A DNA stretch of 64,000 nt from an uncultured Gammaproteobacteria bacterium (GCA_964404855.1 CAYOLO010000002.1:3494-67493), one strand, 5' to 3'. Shown: positions 32,573-43,550, counted from the first letter of the stretch. Program-made: numbers and translations. Notes: generated by a model from the letters alone, not told the origin.

Positions 32573-34090
32573 TTATTTGACTTCGAAAATTCTTAAATAG
32601 GTATTTGAATTACCCTTTGCATACTTGCCCAATTCCAATATATTTTGATTTTTAAATAATTCTTCATCCTGTGTTAGGTTATAGATAAAAAAAGTTTTCT
32701 GGGTTTTTGATTTTTCTAACACTTCGACCGGAATGGTTTTTACAGGGTAGTATCCTTTTATTTCAACATTTGGATTTTTAATCAATTCAATTTCTAACGC
32801 ATAAGGAAGAAGGCCAAATGTTCCTTCGGTTCCAACAAAAATCTTTTCAGCTAGAGACGCGTTGTTAATTATTTCAACAGCTTCTTCTATTCCACCCCCT
32901 GCTGGCCAATCATTAAATAGTTGATTTTTATCGTTTTCAGGAATAATGGAGTTTGTTGGATTAATTATAATTGACATTATTCCCAATATTGGCCAAATTA
33001 AAATAATTGAAATTGTAAAAAGTTTTAATTTTAGTGATTTAATTTTTTCAATTTTTTCGACCACAAAATATGAACTTACAACAAAAATTATTGGAACCAA
33101 ATAGAGTAGATATCTTGGATAAATTATTTTTCCAAAAAAAGCAGTAGTAAAAAATGGCACCATTACCCAGATAAGTAAGAAAATTATTTTAAAGTTTAGC
33201 TTGAATCCGTAATAAATGGCAGACAAAATAAATAGAAAAAATGGAATTGGGGTTAAGTATTGAAACATCCAACTAATCAAGGCTGGCGTATTACCAAAGA
33301 CTAAGTAAAATGGGTTTTGAATAAATTCTTTGTTCGTGAGAATAAAAGTATGATTTTTCTCATCTATCATATTGAATAACGGGAAAAGCCTTAGCGAATT
33401 AAACATTGAATAAGCAATAAAGGTTGAAAGTAAAAATAATCCAATCAGCTTAAAAACAGTGGTTTTATTAAAACTAAATTTGTTTCTAATTTGAAGTAGT
33501 AAACTAAACGGAAGCAAATATATAAAAAAGTTTGCAGAAGACTTAGTCAAAAGTCCAAGACCGATTGTGAAACCTAATAAAAGTGACAAGTCAACTCTTG
33601 GTTTTTTTACCAAAAGCACTGTAAATAACACACTATAAATGCTTATCATTGAGATTAAACTTTCGTATATTGCTAATCGGTTATATACAAAAAAGAATGG
33701 ACTGGTTAAAAACAAACTTGCAGCAATAAGTCCTGTAAGCGAATTTTTTAGAACTCTACCTAAAAAATATATTCCAATGATTGAAACCAAGCCATAAAGA
33801 ACTGATAGTAATCTTACTGCCAGTAAGGAGTCATTTAATAACTTAACTGGAATCATTGCTATCCAAATAAATAATGGTTGTTTCCCGTCAAGAAGCGAAA
33901 TATATCTTAAAGATGCATCATTGGCAGCAATTTGAGCCCATCGTACATAGATCGCCTCATCTGTAAAAATTGGAGTCTTGTTAATAAAAACAAGATTGAT
34001 TAGTAAATAGATAATGATAATTCCAAAAAGTATGAATAGTTGATTAAGAGGAATTACTTTATTTATTTTCACAATAATTTTCGATGCCAT
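32573..34090 (-). CDS. GT-C membrane glycosyltransferase (PMT_2-like)
   Basis: PIFTDEAIYVRWA, DGKQPLFIW, AVRLLS, LTKS, PRY. Confidence 0.85.
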   Translation of the reverse strand: MASKIIVKINKVIPLNQLFILFGIIIIYLLINLVFINKTPIFTDEAIYVRWAQIAANDASLRYISLLDGKQPLFIWIAMIPVKLLNDSLLAVRLLSVLYGLVSIIGIYFLGRVLKNSLTGLIAASLFLTSPFFFVYNRLAIYESLISMISIYSVLFTVLLVKKPRVDLSLLLGFTIGLGLLTKSSANFFIYLLPFSLLLQIRNKFSFNKTTVFKLIGLFLLSTFIAYSMFNSLRLFPLFNMIDEKNHTFILTNKEFIQNPFYLVFGNTPALISWMFQYLTPIPFFLFILSAIYYGFKLNFKIIFLLIWVMVPFFTTAFFGKIIYPRYLLYLVPIIFVVSSYFVVEKIEKIKSLKLKLFTISIILIWPILGIMSIIINPTNSIIPENDKNQLFNDWPAGGGIEEAVEIINNASLAEKIFVGTEGTFGLLPYALEIELIKNPNVEIKGYYPVKTIPVEVLEKSKTQKTFFIYNLTQDEELFKNQNILELGKYAKGNSNTYLRIFEVK

Positions 34091-35169
34091 TTGTATAGTA
34101 TAAAGCTTAACGGAAGACTAGATATGATAATTATATATTTTAGATAGAATGACAATCCTTCATATGAGCCAGATTGTATATATGGAATATGGGAAAAAGG
34201 TAAAAGTAGACTGATTAAAATAATACAATCTCTTGTGTAGCTACCCTTTGGAGAAATATAGGCGAGTGGAAGGACCCAAATTATGTACCAAATTTGAAAC
34301 TCTGTTCTAAAGGAAGCAATAAAAATTGAGAGTAAAGTTAAAAATAATAATGAGCTTGAAAAATATTTTGGAGTAAATTTTTTAATAATTAATGAAGGTA
34401 TCATAAAAAAGTTCGCGTATTTAATAAGCCCGCCAATAATTAAGGAAAAATAACTGATTTTTGTGTTTGCGACATAAACAACACTAATAATTAACGCTAA
34501 GGCGACATAAATGTCATTGTGGTTCCCGATTAATACCTCAGTAATTATTAACGGATTAAATAAAAATAGAAGGTTTTTATTGTCTGATTTTGAATTTAAT
34601 AACTTACTCGCAATAATTGCTGATATTATCGCAATTATTTTGAACAAAAATATTTGTATAAGTAGTTTAGTGGATATTAATGTGACTATTATTCCTGGTA
34701 TCAACCACAAAGGTCCGTATGGATACGTTCTATGTGTCCATCGCATAAAGTGAACCATGGGGTTGTTTGGGAAGTCGAGAGCTGAAAAATTATATGGATT
34801 CCCCCCATATTGAGTAATTATTTTTGAATCAAAAATGTAATTAAAAATGTCATAAGAAAGTAAAGCAGAATACGAAAAGGTTAATGGAAAAACTAATACA
34901 AATATTAATGATTTTTTGTTTATGTCGGCTAAATTTTTTTGGAAACTTAAAACCAAATAGATAATAATCCAAACAACTAAAAGTGAAGCAAAAACTAAGC
35001 TTGAAAGATTGCGATGATAGAAACCTAGATTTTGTAAACTATGTTGAAAAGACAAAACAAAAGTATTTTGTGAAAGCGTTAGATTTAGATCTGTAAGCGA
35101 GTATGAATAAACTGTTGTAGTTATTGATACTAAAAAAATGAGCAACAATATTAGCTTGGAACGATTCAC
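34069..35169 (-). CDS. GT-C mannosyltransferase-like (GT87/MptA-MptB-like)
   Basis: LSYDIFNY, YGGNPY, YPYGPLW, FNPL, NHND, IKY, QIWY. Confidence 0.78.
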   Translation of the reverse strand: MNRSKLILLLIFLVSITTTVYSYSLTDLNLTLSQNTFVLSFQHSLQNLGFYHRNLSSLVFASLLVVWIIIYLVLSFQKNLADINKKSLIFVLVFPLTFSYSALLSYDIFNYIFDSKIITQYGGNPYNFSALDFPNNPMVHFMRWTHRTYPYGPLWLIPGIIVTLISTKLLIQIFLFKIIAIISAIIASKLLNSKSDNKNLLFLFNPLIITEVLIGNHNDIYVALALIISVVYVANTKISYFSLIIGGLIKYANFFMIPSLIIKKFTPKYFSSSLLFLTLLSIFIASFRTEFQIWYIIWVLPLAYISPKGSYTRDCIILISLLLPFSHIPYIQSGSYEGLSFYLKYIIIISSLPLSFILYKWHRKLL

Positions 35170-35176
35170 AAAAGAT

Positions 35177-35905
35177 TTATGCTTTTATCCAGTGATGTTT
35201 GAGCCAGATCTTTGCAAGACTGGTGAGTGTCATAATGGCATTTTTAGCTGTAACATGCATTCTTGTTTCACCGCCATAATTCCATTCGACAGGAACTTCA
35301 GCAACTTTATATTTCAACTTTCTAGCCATATATAAGATTTCTACATCGAAAATGATATTTTCTATTATTTGTCTTGAAAAAAGATCCTTAGCAGAATCAT
35401 GACTAAACATTTTAAATCCAGTTTGTGAATCTTTAATCCCTCTAACTAAAAATTCGCGAATGAAAGTAAACATTTTACCTAATACTCTTCTGTATAGAGG
35501 TTGTGATGCTCGCAAGTCTTTTCCTGTTGACTGTATCCTTGAACCGATTGCGATATCGGCTCCGTTGTTAATAGCTAGAATAAGTTTGTCTGCTTCTGTA
35601 ATTGGTGTTGCCATATCTGCGTCGGCAAAAATAATATATTTACCTTTTGCCTCAAGCATCCCTTTTTTGACTGGATATCCCTTAAAGTAGTTCTTTGGTG
35701 ATTTTAGAATTTTTAAATTACTTTGACTTTTGATTAAATCTTCAACAATCTGGACAGTGTTATCTTTGGAAAAATCATCAGAAACAATGATTTCGCCAGA
35801 TATTTTTTTTGAATCAAAGTATTCTTGAACTGATTTTATTGAAGAAGCTATTCTTTCCGACTCGTTATAAGTAGGGATTACGACTGATAAATATATTTCT
35901 AACAT
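35177..35905 (-). CDS. GT2 polyprenol-phosphate glycosyl synthase (Alg5/DPG-synthase-like)
   Basis: VVIPTYNE, DDFSKD, KGYPVKKG, FADAD, IGSR, DSQTGFK, FDVEIL. Confidence 0.88.
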   Translation of the reverse strand: MLEIYLSVVIPTYNESERIASSIKSVQEYFDSKKISGEIIVSDDFSKDNTVQIVEDLIKSQSNLKILKSPKNYFKGYPVKKGMLEAKGKYIIFADADMATPITEADKLILAINNGADIAIGSRIQSTGKDLRASQPLYRRVLGKMFTFIREFLVRGIKDSQTGFKMFSHDSAKDLFSRQIIENIIFDVEILYMARKLKYKVAEVPVEWNYGGETRMHVTAKNAIMTLTSLAKIWLKHHWIKA

Positions 35906-35930
35906 AGGTTAATTTTACTTGTATTCTTTT

Positions 35931-37448
35931 TTATTTACTAGGCTCGTGAATTAGACGGAATATTTTAATATGCCCAGGAATAAAATCAAGCTCCTGATCA
36001 AGCTGTCTTGGCCCAAAAGATAAAATTTGAGGCATAGGACTTAGATTGTAACGACAATCCTTTTCTTCACATACAACAATTAACTGGTCGGTTATTTGAT
36101 TTTCAATTGGTGTAGGAGCAAGATTACTCTTTTCTAAAAAGAACCGGTACGCGTAATCTGTGTTACCGCTTGCCATAAGGGCAAAATTGTATGGCTTACC
36201 ACCAGCCAACTCTAGTACTTTATTTGAGACACTTTTAGCTGTCTTTAACTGATTTGATTCTTGTTTAAAAATAATATTCTTTGGTAAAAGATATGCAATA
36301 AGGGCAAATGTACAGACAATTAATATTATGGAGACAATTTTTTGTTTTTTAAAAGTAAAAAAGATTAACGAAAGTAATAAAAATGGCACAGGAAACAAAA
36401 AAGAAAAATAGTAGTTGTACAACTCGCCATTATAAAATGCTAAACCTAAAATTCCTGATAATGCCCAAATAATAACGACTAAATAAAAATCGTTAATTTT
36501 TTTGGATTTAAAAAATCCTACAGAAATTACTGCAAGCAACAAAGTAGCCAGACCTACAAATAATGCGGCCTCTGAGTTAGTTATAGATAATGTTTCTCTA
36601 AACAAACGACTAATTGCCGATAATACATTATCACCGAATTGAAATTCCCGAATGCCAACTGCGCCGGATGGTTTCGTTACAAATTCAATAATCGTCGAAG
36701 TGTTTTTAAATCCATGCCTTAATTCGAACAAAAAGTATGGTGAAAATGTAAATAAAAAGCCTGAGAAGGTAATTAGATATATTTTTATTAATCTAGATAT
36801 ATTATCGATTGAAAAAATAGTTGTAATTATAAAGATAGGCAATGCAAGTATTAAGCCTAAATAGTGTGATTGAATTGCTAAACCAAAAATAGCTCCAACT
36901 GCAAAACTAAAAACTAACTTATTTTTTTCTTTTGATAACAACAAAAATACAAATATTAACAACGACAAAAACGGTAAAATATTAGGATTCCAGCTTGATC
37001 TTGAAAACATAACCACTACTGGAGACACAGAATAAAGTAGGGCAGCAAGAAATGCAGGTAAAAACCCTAAATATTTTTTAATAACTAAATACAGAATAAT
37101 TACTGTAACAAAACCAAGGACTGCAACCTCAAATGCCATTCCAACTGGAGACATACCAAAAAGCAAAAAACCAGGAATTACCAAGTAATAATATGCAGGG
37201 CCAAGAAAAAACCCTCCAACTGAAGCAGATGGGCCTAATAAAGTAAGTTTTCCTTCCTGAAAAATATTTAATAAAACTAAGGCGTCTCTTCCTTCATCAC
37301 CGAGAAATGTCATATGCCCTTCAATATTCCAAAACCTTAGAATTGAAGCAATTATTACTAAAACTAATAAAAAAAAGAATTCAAGCTTTTGATTTTTGGC
37401 ATACAAAAAAAGTTTTTTTTGGTATTGAGACAATAATTTATTTAACAT
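35931..37448 (-). CDS. GT-C membrane glycosyltransferase (PMT_2/ArnT-like)
   Basis: FLGDEGRD, LLGPSAS, GPAYYY, SRSSWNPN, QSHY. Confidence 0.85.
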   Translation of the reverse strand: MLNKLLSQYQKKLFLYAKNQKLEFFFLLVLVIIASILRFWNIEGHMTFLGDEGRDALVLLNIFQEGKLTLLGPSASVGGFFLGPAYYYLVIPGFLLFGMSPVGMAFEVAVLGFVTVIILYLVIKKYLGFLPAFLAALLYSVSPVVVMFSRSSWNPNILPFLSLLIFVFLLLSKEKNKLVFSFAVGAIFGLAIQSHYLGLILALPIFIITTIFSIDNISRLIKIYLITFSGFLFTFSPYFLFELRHGFKNTSTIIEFVTKPSGAVGIREFQFGDNVLSAISRLFRETLSITNSEAALFVGLATLLLAVISVGFFKSKKINDFYLVVIIWALSGILGLAFYNGELYNYYFSFLFPVPFLLLSLIFFTFKKQKIVSIILIVCTFALIAYLLPKNIIFKQESNQLKTAKSVSNKVLELAGGKPYNFALMASGNTDYAYRFFLEKSNLAPTPIENQITDQLIVVCEEKDCRYNLSPMPQILSFGPRQLDQELDFIPGHIKIFRLIHEPSK

Positions 37449-37462
37449 ATTTCGACCCTAAG

Positions 37463-38614
37463 CTATGAAGATTTTTTTCGCCAAATTACTTTTGTATTTA
37501 AAATCCAGTTTAGAGCCAAGCCCAAAATCACACCGATTGCCAAAGAAATTTGCTTGTGAATTCCGAAATAAGGAGTGAGAGTGTTAATAACTAAAATTTG
37601 AATTAATGGTGAGCCGAGTGCAGTTATATTAAATTTAATAAAACGGGTAAATATTGATCCGCCAACCTTTCGATATCTAAATGTCCAAAAATTATTTATT
37701 AGAAAAATAGTAACAATCGACATCTCACCCGAAAGCAATGTCGCCATAAACAATGGTGTATCTTTGATCGCTGAAATCAGCCCAGATAATCCATCCACAG
37801 AGTGAGTGGACCTAAAAATTGTTGTTGCAACCGATAATGTAATTGCATTAACCAAATAACCGACAACTCCTGTAATTAAAAATTTAATTAATTCAGAGTG
37901 ATATTTAACAGAAACCAAAATTACTACCCTAAGCGAGTCAATTATTTCGTTTTTTTGAATCTTGGAATGACCTTTTTCTCTGTCGATAAATTCAATTGGG
38001 ACTTCTTTAATTTTTGCTCCACTTTTGTATAGGGCATAAAATAAATGAATTTTGTATGAGAAACGATTAGATAACAGATTATGATAGTCAATTTTTTTGA
38101 GATACTCTGTTTTTGTTGCTCTAAATCCAGTAGTCATATCGTGAAACTGTGGAGCAAGCAAAATAACTCTTGCGACAATATTTCCTAATGCAGATTGAAT
38201 TTTACGATGAATACCCCAGTCGGAAGGAATTGAACCACCTTTTATATACCTTGTACCAACTGCGACATCTGCACCATTTTTGATTGCTGATACCATAGCT
38301 GATACATACTGAGGTTTATGAGAACCATCTGCATCCATCTCAAAAACGACTTCGGCATTTAGCTCATTAATTGCATAATCAAACCCTCTAACATAAGCAG
38401 CACCTAACCCATTCTTCTTACCGGAAATAAGGAATATATTTTTATTTTTTTTCTGTAAAGTTTTTATAACTTCTGCGGTTCCATCTGGCGACTCGTCGTC
38501 AACAAAAAGAATTTTTAAATCAATATCTTTAGGATTGTATTTAGTTATTTCTGAATAGATATACTCAATGTTATCCTTTTCGTTGTAAGTTGGGATTATG
38601 ATAACTACTTTCAT
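37463..38614 (-). CDS. Polyprenol-phosphate mannose synthase (DPM1-like GT2) fused to C-terminal GtrA flippase domain
   Basis: IIPTYNEKDNI, VDDESPDGT, GLGAAY, EMDADGSH, DMTTGFR, FIDREKGHSK; then 4-TM GtrA (KFLITGVVG, NNFWTF). Confidence 0.9.
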   Translation of the reverse strand: MKVVIIIPTYNEKDNIEYIYSEITKYNPKDIDLKILFVDDESPDGTAEVIKTLQKKNKNIFLISGKKNGLGAAYVRGFDYAINELNAEVVFEMDADGSHKPQYVSAMVSAIKNGADVAVGTRYIKGGSIPSDWGIHRKIQSALGNIVARVILLAPQFHDMTTGFRATKTEYLKKIDYHNLLSNRFSYKIHLFYALYKSGAKIKEVPIEFIDREKGHSKIQKNEIIDSLRVVILVSVKYHSELIKFLITGVVGYLVNAITLSVATTIFRSTHSVDGLSGLISAIKDTPLFMATLLSGEMSIVTIFLINNFWTFRYRKVGGSIFTRFIKFNITALGSPLIQILVINTLTPYFGIHKQISLAIGVILGLALNWILNTKVIWRKKSS

Positions 38615-39615
38615 TAAGTGTTTTGGGCAGCTTTAACTACTTTGCGATATTTTTCCATATCGGCATCGACCATCATCTTGACTAGTTCAGAAAATGTAGT
38701 TTTTGGTGTCCAACCAAGTTTTTCTTTTGCTTTGGTTGCGTCCCCTTTTAGAAAATCGACCTCAGCGGGGCGCATAAATTTTTCATCAAGCCCAATATGG
38801 TTTTGCCAATTATCAATACCGACGTGTTTGAATGCTTCTACTATAAAATCTTTAATTGTGTGAGTTTCACCTGTAGCAATAACAAAATCCTCTGGTTGGT
38901 CTTGTTGCAACATTAACCACATTGCCTCTACATAATCTCCAGCAAAACCCCAGTCACGGGCAGCATCGAGGTTACCAAAATCAACCTTGTCAATAAGTCC
39001 AAGCTTAACTCTTGCAGCTGCGTCGGTAACTTTTCTAGTTACAAACTCGATACCTCGTCTTGGCGACTCGTGGTTGAAAAGTATTCCTGAAACGGCAAAC
39101 ATATCATATGACTCCCTATAATTAATTGTCATCCAGTGCCCATAAAGCTTGGCAACTCCGTAAGGGCTTCTGGGATAGAATGGTGTTTTTTCTGTTTGAG
39201 GAGTTTCTTGAACTTTGCCAAACATTTCTGAAGAGGAAGCCTGGTAAAATTTTGCGTCTGGCTTGACGTGCTTTAATGCGTCAAGCATTCTAGTGACACC
39301 CATACCAGTAAGTTCACCAGTAAGTACGGCTTGATTCCATGAAGTCTTAACAAAAGACTGGGCGGCTAAGTTATATACCTCGTCCGGCTGACTTAAGTCG
39401 ATTGCGGAAATTAACGACTGTTCATCATAAAGGTCACCTTCAACTAAATGTAGTTGAGGTAAAATAGACTCTATTCTTTCGGTGTTTGGTGTTGATAAAC
39501 GTCTAACGACACCATAAACATCGTAACCTTTTTCTAGTAGCAATTCAGCTAAATACGAGCCGTCCTGACCAGTAATTCCTGTAATAAGTGCGGTCTTTGA
39601 TTTTGTTTCTTTCAT
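38614..39615 (-). CDS. gmd: GDP-mannose 4,6-dehydratase
   Basis: [53 protein letters not shown]; ATG 39615 preferred. Confidence 0.97.
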   Translation of the reverse strand: MKETKSKTALITGITGQDGSYLAELLLEKGYDVYGVVRRLSTPNTERIESILPQLHLVEGDLYDEQSLISAIDLSQPDEVYNLAAQSFVKTSWNQAVLTGELTGMGVTRMLDALKHVKPDAKFYQASSSEMFGKVQETPQTEKTPFYPRSPYGVAKLYGHWMTINYRESYDMFAVSGILFNHESPRRGIEFVTRKVTDAAARVKLGLIDKVDFGNLDAARDWGFAGDYVEAMWLMLQQDQPEDFVIATGETHTIKDFIVEAFKHVGIDNWQNHIGLDEKFMRPAEVDFLKGDATKAKEKLGWTPKTTFSELVKMMVDADMEKYRKVVKAAQNT

Positions 39616-39626
39616 AGTATTTATCC

Positions 39627-40541
39627 TCAAGAAATTTTAGCAGATTTTGAATTAATCTGTGCTTTTAAGATTTTAATAGCTTCTACGTTTGTTAAAACAG
39701 GTACACCTAACGACTCAATTTTTTTAACGATTAAGCCTCCATTGATTGGCCGTTTGGCTTTGTCAGGAAAATTTTGTCTAAATAAATAAATCGATCCTCT
39801 TTCTATAGGATAATTAAACTCAAAAACCTGATTAATTATTTGTCCAAAACTGTAAGGGGTGACAACATCTGAATTTGCCAAGTGATAGACACCACCTAAT
39901 GATTTTTCAAGACTAAGGTTAATAAAATCGGCAAGGCAGTCAATAAAAGTGGGGGTCAGAAATTGATCATTAAAAAGTGGATATAACGATTGATTCTCCA
40001 TCTTGGAAATAAGATCGCGAGCAAAATCCCCTTTTGTAAAACTAGATCTGAATGGATAAGCAATTCTGATAATTTGATGCTTGTCGGAGTCATTTAATAT
40101 GTTGTCCTCTGCGAGCTTTTTGGTCCAACCGTACCAGCTAAGATTCTCTTGGGAGCTGGTTGGGTCAGTCTCTGTATATGGACCTTTATTCCCGTCAAAA
40201 ACAAAATCTGTAGAAATAAAAACCACTTTTGCGTTATGGGACGCGGCAGCGTTAAGAACATTTTGAGTCACATTTACATTTGTCTGATAGCAAAGACCTT
40301 CAATGTCACCCTTCTGATTTTCCGCCTCGTCTACAGCTGTGTAGCCAGCAAAATGAAGAATTATTTCGAAATCCAAGTTATCTAATGTTTTTTTAAGCTG
40401 TGACAAATCATTTAAGTCAGATTGAATATCGGCTCGCCCTATCTCTCTAGAAATTGTCGTGATTGTGTGTTTATCTCTTAGAAGCTCATAGACTCTACTT
40501 CCGACGAGTCCCGTCGAACCGGTAAATAATATTTTTGACAT
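39627..40541 (-). CDS. rmlD: dTDP-4-dehydrorhamnose reductase-family SDR (RmlD-like)
   Basis: [32 protein letters not shown] (YxxxK), DQFLTPT. Confidence 0.8.
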   Translation of the reverse strand: MSKILFTGSTGLVGSRVYELLRDKHTITTISREIGRADIQSDLNDLSQLKKTLDNLDFEIILHFAGYTAVDEAENQKGDIEGLCYQTNVNVTQNVLNAAASHNAKVVFISTDFVFDGNKGPYTETDPTSSQENLSWYGWTKKLAEDNILNDSDKHQIIRIAYPFRSSFTKGDFARDLISKMENQSLYPLFNDQFLTPTFIDCLADFINLSLEKSLGGVYHLANSDVVTPYSFGQIINQVFEFNYPIERGSIYLFRQNFPDKAKRPINGGLIVKKIESLGVPVLTNVEAIKILKAQINSKSAKIS

Positions 40542-40553
40542 AATATTTAAAAA

Positions 40554-41423
40554 TTAACTACTATTCTCAGCTACAGACATTAAATATTTTCCGTATCCGC
40601 TTTTTAATAAAGGCTCAGCCAAATCAATCAGTTGAGCTTTAGTGATAAATCCTTTTTGAAAAGCCGTTTCTTCAATACATCCAATCTTAACTCCTTGTCG
40701 TTGTTCAATTACTTGCACGAATTGTGAAGCTTGCATCATTGAATCAAAGGTGCCGGTATCAAGCCAAGCCGTGCCTTGTTCTAGTATTGCTACTTTGAGT
40801 TTATTCTCTTTTAGATAGTAAGCGTTTACGTCTGTAATCTCATATTCACCGCGCTCACTAGGTTTGATGTTTTTTGCAATTTCAATAACATTGTTGTCGT
40901 AAAAATATAAGCCAGTAACAGCATAGTTTGATTTTGGTTTAGAGGGTTTTTCTTCAATCGATACCGCGATATTATCCTTATCAAATTCAACGACTCCATA
41001 TCTTTCTGGGTCAGAAACTCGATATGCAAAAACTTTACCTCCTTCGATTGAATCAGTTTGTGGAAGCACATCATCGAGCGAAGAACCATAAAAAATATTG
41101 TCACCCAATATCATCGCAACTGAATCCGAGCCGATAAAAGATTCCCCAATAACGAAAGCTTGCGCCAATCCGTTAGGGATTTCTTGAATAGCGTAATTAA
41201 AACTACACCCATACTTACTTCCATCACCAAGAAGTTTTTGAAATCCTGGAAGATCCTGTGGAGTAGAAATAATTAATACCTCATTAATTCCAGCTTTTAG
41301 TAGAATAGACAAAGGATAGTAAATCATTGGCTTGTCGTAGACAGGCATGATTTGTTTACTGATTGCGTAAGTAATTGGGTAAAGTCTGGTTCCGGAACCT
41401 CCGGCGAGTATTATTCCTTTCAC
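40554..41423 (-). CDS. rmlA: Glucose-1-phosphate thymidylyltransferase
   Basis: [55 protein letters not shown]; GTG start. Confidence 0.97.
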   Translation of the reverse strand: MKGIILAGGSGTRLYPITYAISKQIMPVYDKPMIYYPLSILLKAGINEVLIISTPQDLPGFQKLLGDGSKYGCSFNYAIQEIPNGLAQAFVIGESFIGSDSVAMILGDNIFYGSSLDDVLPQTDSIEGGKVFAYRVSDPERYGVVEFDKDNIAVSIEEKPSKPKSNYAVTGLYFYDNNVIEIAKNIKPSERGEYEITDVNAYYLKENKLKVAILEQGTAWLDTGTFDSMMQASQFVQVIEQRQGVKIGCIEETAFQKGFITKAQLIDLAEPLLKSGYGKYLMSVAENSS

Positions 41424-41438
41424 AAGATATATAGTAGC

Positions 41439-41705
41439 TTAACGACTTAAAAACATCAAATATGCTATTACAACAATTAAAAATGATAATCCTAAATATT
41501 CTAGGACCGTATGAGGGTGTTTTTTGGTAACAGCAAAGTAATGAATTACTCCCCAAAAAAAATAAAAAACTGCAAATATGAGTGAGATTAAAAATTGCGT
41601 CATTTGGTTTGACTGAAACAACATAATACTGCCAAATGCAAGTCCAATTGCAAAAAACAACATTCCCCAATGAAAGTGTAAGTGGGTTATTTTTTTACTA
41701 CTCAT
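41439..41705 (-). CDS. Small 3-TM hypothetical membrane protein
   Basis: 88 aa, three hydrophobic segments, fits tightly in the operon. Confidence 0.65.
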   Translation of the reverse strand: MSSKKITHLHFHWGMLFFAIGLAFGSIMLFQSNQMTQFLISLIFAVFYFFWGVIHYFAVTKKHPHTVLEYLGLSFLIVVIAYLMFLSR

Positions 41706-41707
41706 AT

Positions 41708-42643
41708 TTATAGAATTGATCCCGAACTAATAAATGTAATTACAATGGCAAACAAGCTAAATACAAATAAATGAGCAAAATTGTGATGTAGCGCACGGTT
41801 TATTCTATTTCTGCGAACGTAGATGATATCAAGTGTAATTAATAGGACCAGTAGAGAAGAAATTATCAAGCTAACTGTTTTAATAATTAAATACGGATTG
41901 AGTGGATAATTTACCTGAACTTGCGACGCTTCTCCTTGGACTGCTTCTGTGCTTACCGGCGTTCCACCTGTTTCCGAGGTGTCTGAGTTAGTTGTCCCAA
42001 CTATTGTAGCTGATGAAGTAGCAGGTTGGCTGTTAGTTGTTTGGGCGGGTGTTGGTGTCTCAACTTGCTGAGCTGGAGCTGGATTGGCTGGAGAAGCAAA
42101 CATCTGCACAACTAAAGAACCGTTTACTCCATTGAGATTGCCTTCGGTTACAGCTACTCCTATTTCTGTAAAACTACCATCCAACAAATTTTGCTTATGT
42201 GAAGGCGAGTTCATCCAGGCAACAACTACAGAGTTTGCGTTGTCAAAATCCCTTGCTAAGTTTTCGCCGGCAACAGAATATTTATAACCAGACTGGCTAA
42301 TAAATTGCCAAGGAGTTTTTCCATCGGGAGCAAAATGAGCCCAGTAGTTTTGGTTTAACATGTCTTGAGCTTTGGCAGCAGCTGCTTGAGACAAAAGTTG
42401 GTTTTCTTTAACTGGTCGTACGCCTTGAGAAATTCTTCTTTCGTTAGTAAGGCTAATTATGTCTGTGGTAGAAATATTTGTTGAAATACCTAATACATTA
42501 GAACCAGGAATTGAAAATATTTTCAAAAATACTTGGAGGAGTATTAAAAAAATAACATATGAAAAAATCGCTGGTGCTTTTACAGCGTGAGCCCTATGAT
42601 TGTTCTTGTGGTGAGGTAAAAAAAACTTAACTATTGATGTCAT
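41708..42643 (-). CDS. CAP (SCP/YkwD) domain membrane protein with P/T/S-rich linker
   Basis: TNERR, AAAAKAQDM...YWAH, AGENLA, AWMNSPSHKQNLL, EIGVAV, VVQMFA. Confidence 0.9.
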   Translation of the reverse strand: MTSIVKFFLPHHKNNHRAHAVKAPAIFSYVIFLILLQVFLKIFSIPGSNVLGISTNISTTDIISLTNERRISQGVRPVKENQLLSQAAAAKAQDMLNQNYWAHFAPDGKTPWQFISQSGYKYSVAGENLARDFDNANSVVVAWMNSPSHKQNLLDGSFTEIGVAVTEGNLNGVNGSLVVQMFASPANPAPAQQVETPTPAQTTNSQPATSSATIVGTTNSDTSETGGTPVSTEAVQGEASQVQVNYPLNPYLIIKTVSLIISSLLVLLITLDIIYVRRNRINRALHHNFAHLFVFSLFAIVITFISSGSIL

Positions 42644-42963
42644 TAGGAATACTTTGAGTCTTCATACTTAACTTTAACATAGCTACCGACCTTAAGATTA
42701 TTGACAGGAATTTTTAAACTAAACGCCAATGCATTTGCAACTGAAACCCCAACTCTAGTACCAGTAAATGAGCCTGGACCTGAGTTGACAAAAATTCTGC
42801 CGACTTTTTTTATTGGAAATTTTTCAAAAATTTTATTCAAGTGCGGAATTAGTGTTTCCGATCCAACACCTTGAAAGGCTTGAGAAAAGACATTAGAACC
42901 ATCCTTTTCAAGGATTTTTATAATTGTCTGATTCGGTTTTATGGTGTCAATATATAGATCCAT
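42643..42963 (-). CDS. tsaB: Truncated/miniature TsaB (t6A biosynthesis)
   Basis: LYIDT, SETLIP, VNSGPGSFTGTRVGVSVANAL; only 106 aa. Confidence 0.8.
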   Translation of the reverse strand: MDLYIDTIKPNQTIIKILEKDGSNVFSQAFQGVGSETLIPHLNKIFEKFPIKKVGRIFVNSGPGSFTGTRVGVSVANALAFSLKIPVNNLKVGSYVKVKYEDSKYS

Positions 42964-42965
42964 AA

Positions 42966-43550
42966 CTATATTTTAACTGCCCCATCTCTTAATATCACTA
43001 AGTTTTCGTTTTCAAAAGTTATGACAGTCGACTCTTTGCCAAACCCATCTACTGAGCTAAAAACAGCATCCACAAGTTTAAGAAGATTTGGATCAAGTTG
43101 AGAAATAGTTTGGGGTGGAGTTTGCCCCGCAAAATTGGCCGAGGGTCCAAGAATCGGCCTATCTAATATTTTTAGAACCTCCAATAATTTTTGATGATTA
43201 GGAATTCTAACCCCAACCTTTTTAGTTGTTGAGACAAAACTTTTATCTTCTATTTCTTTTTTGGCCGACAATACGACCGTCAGAGCACCTGGCCAATATT
43301 TATTCAATATTTTTTTTGCAGTAGGGTTAATGATTGCCAACTTATTTACCCAGCTGGTATTTGGAATAAGAAGTGAGGTTGGTTTATCAGGCAGGCGGTT
43401 TTTGATTGAGTAGAGTCTTTTGATTGCTTGATCATCATCATAAACACAACCTATTCCCCATACTGTATCAGTTGGAAAAATAACTATCCCCCCTTTTGCA
43501 AAAACCTTAGCTATGACCTGAGGATCACTCGATTGTAATAATTCTTTCAT
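42966..43550 (-). CDS. tsaC: L-threonylcarbamoyladenylate synthase (TsaC/YrdC)
   Basis: FPTDTVWGIG, KNR, WPGALT, GVRIP, SAN, STVI. Confidence 0.92.
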   Translation of the reverse strand: MKELLQSSDPQVIAKVFAKGGIVIFPTDTVWGIGCVYDDDQAIKRLYSIKNRLPDKPTSLLIPNTSWVNKLAIINPTAKKILNKYWPGALTVVLSAKKEIEDKSFVSTTKKVGVRIPNHQKLLEVLKILDRPILGPSANFAGQTPPQTISQLDPNLLKLVDAVFSSVDGFGKESTVITFENENLVILRDGAVKI

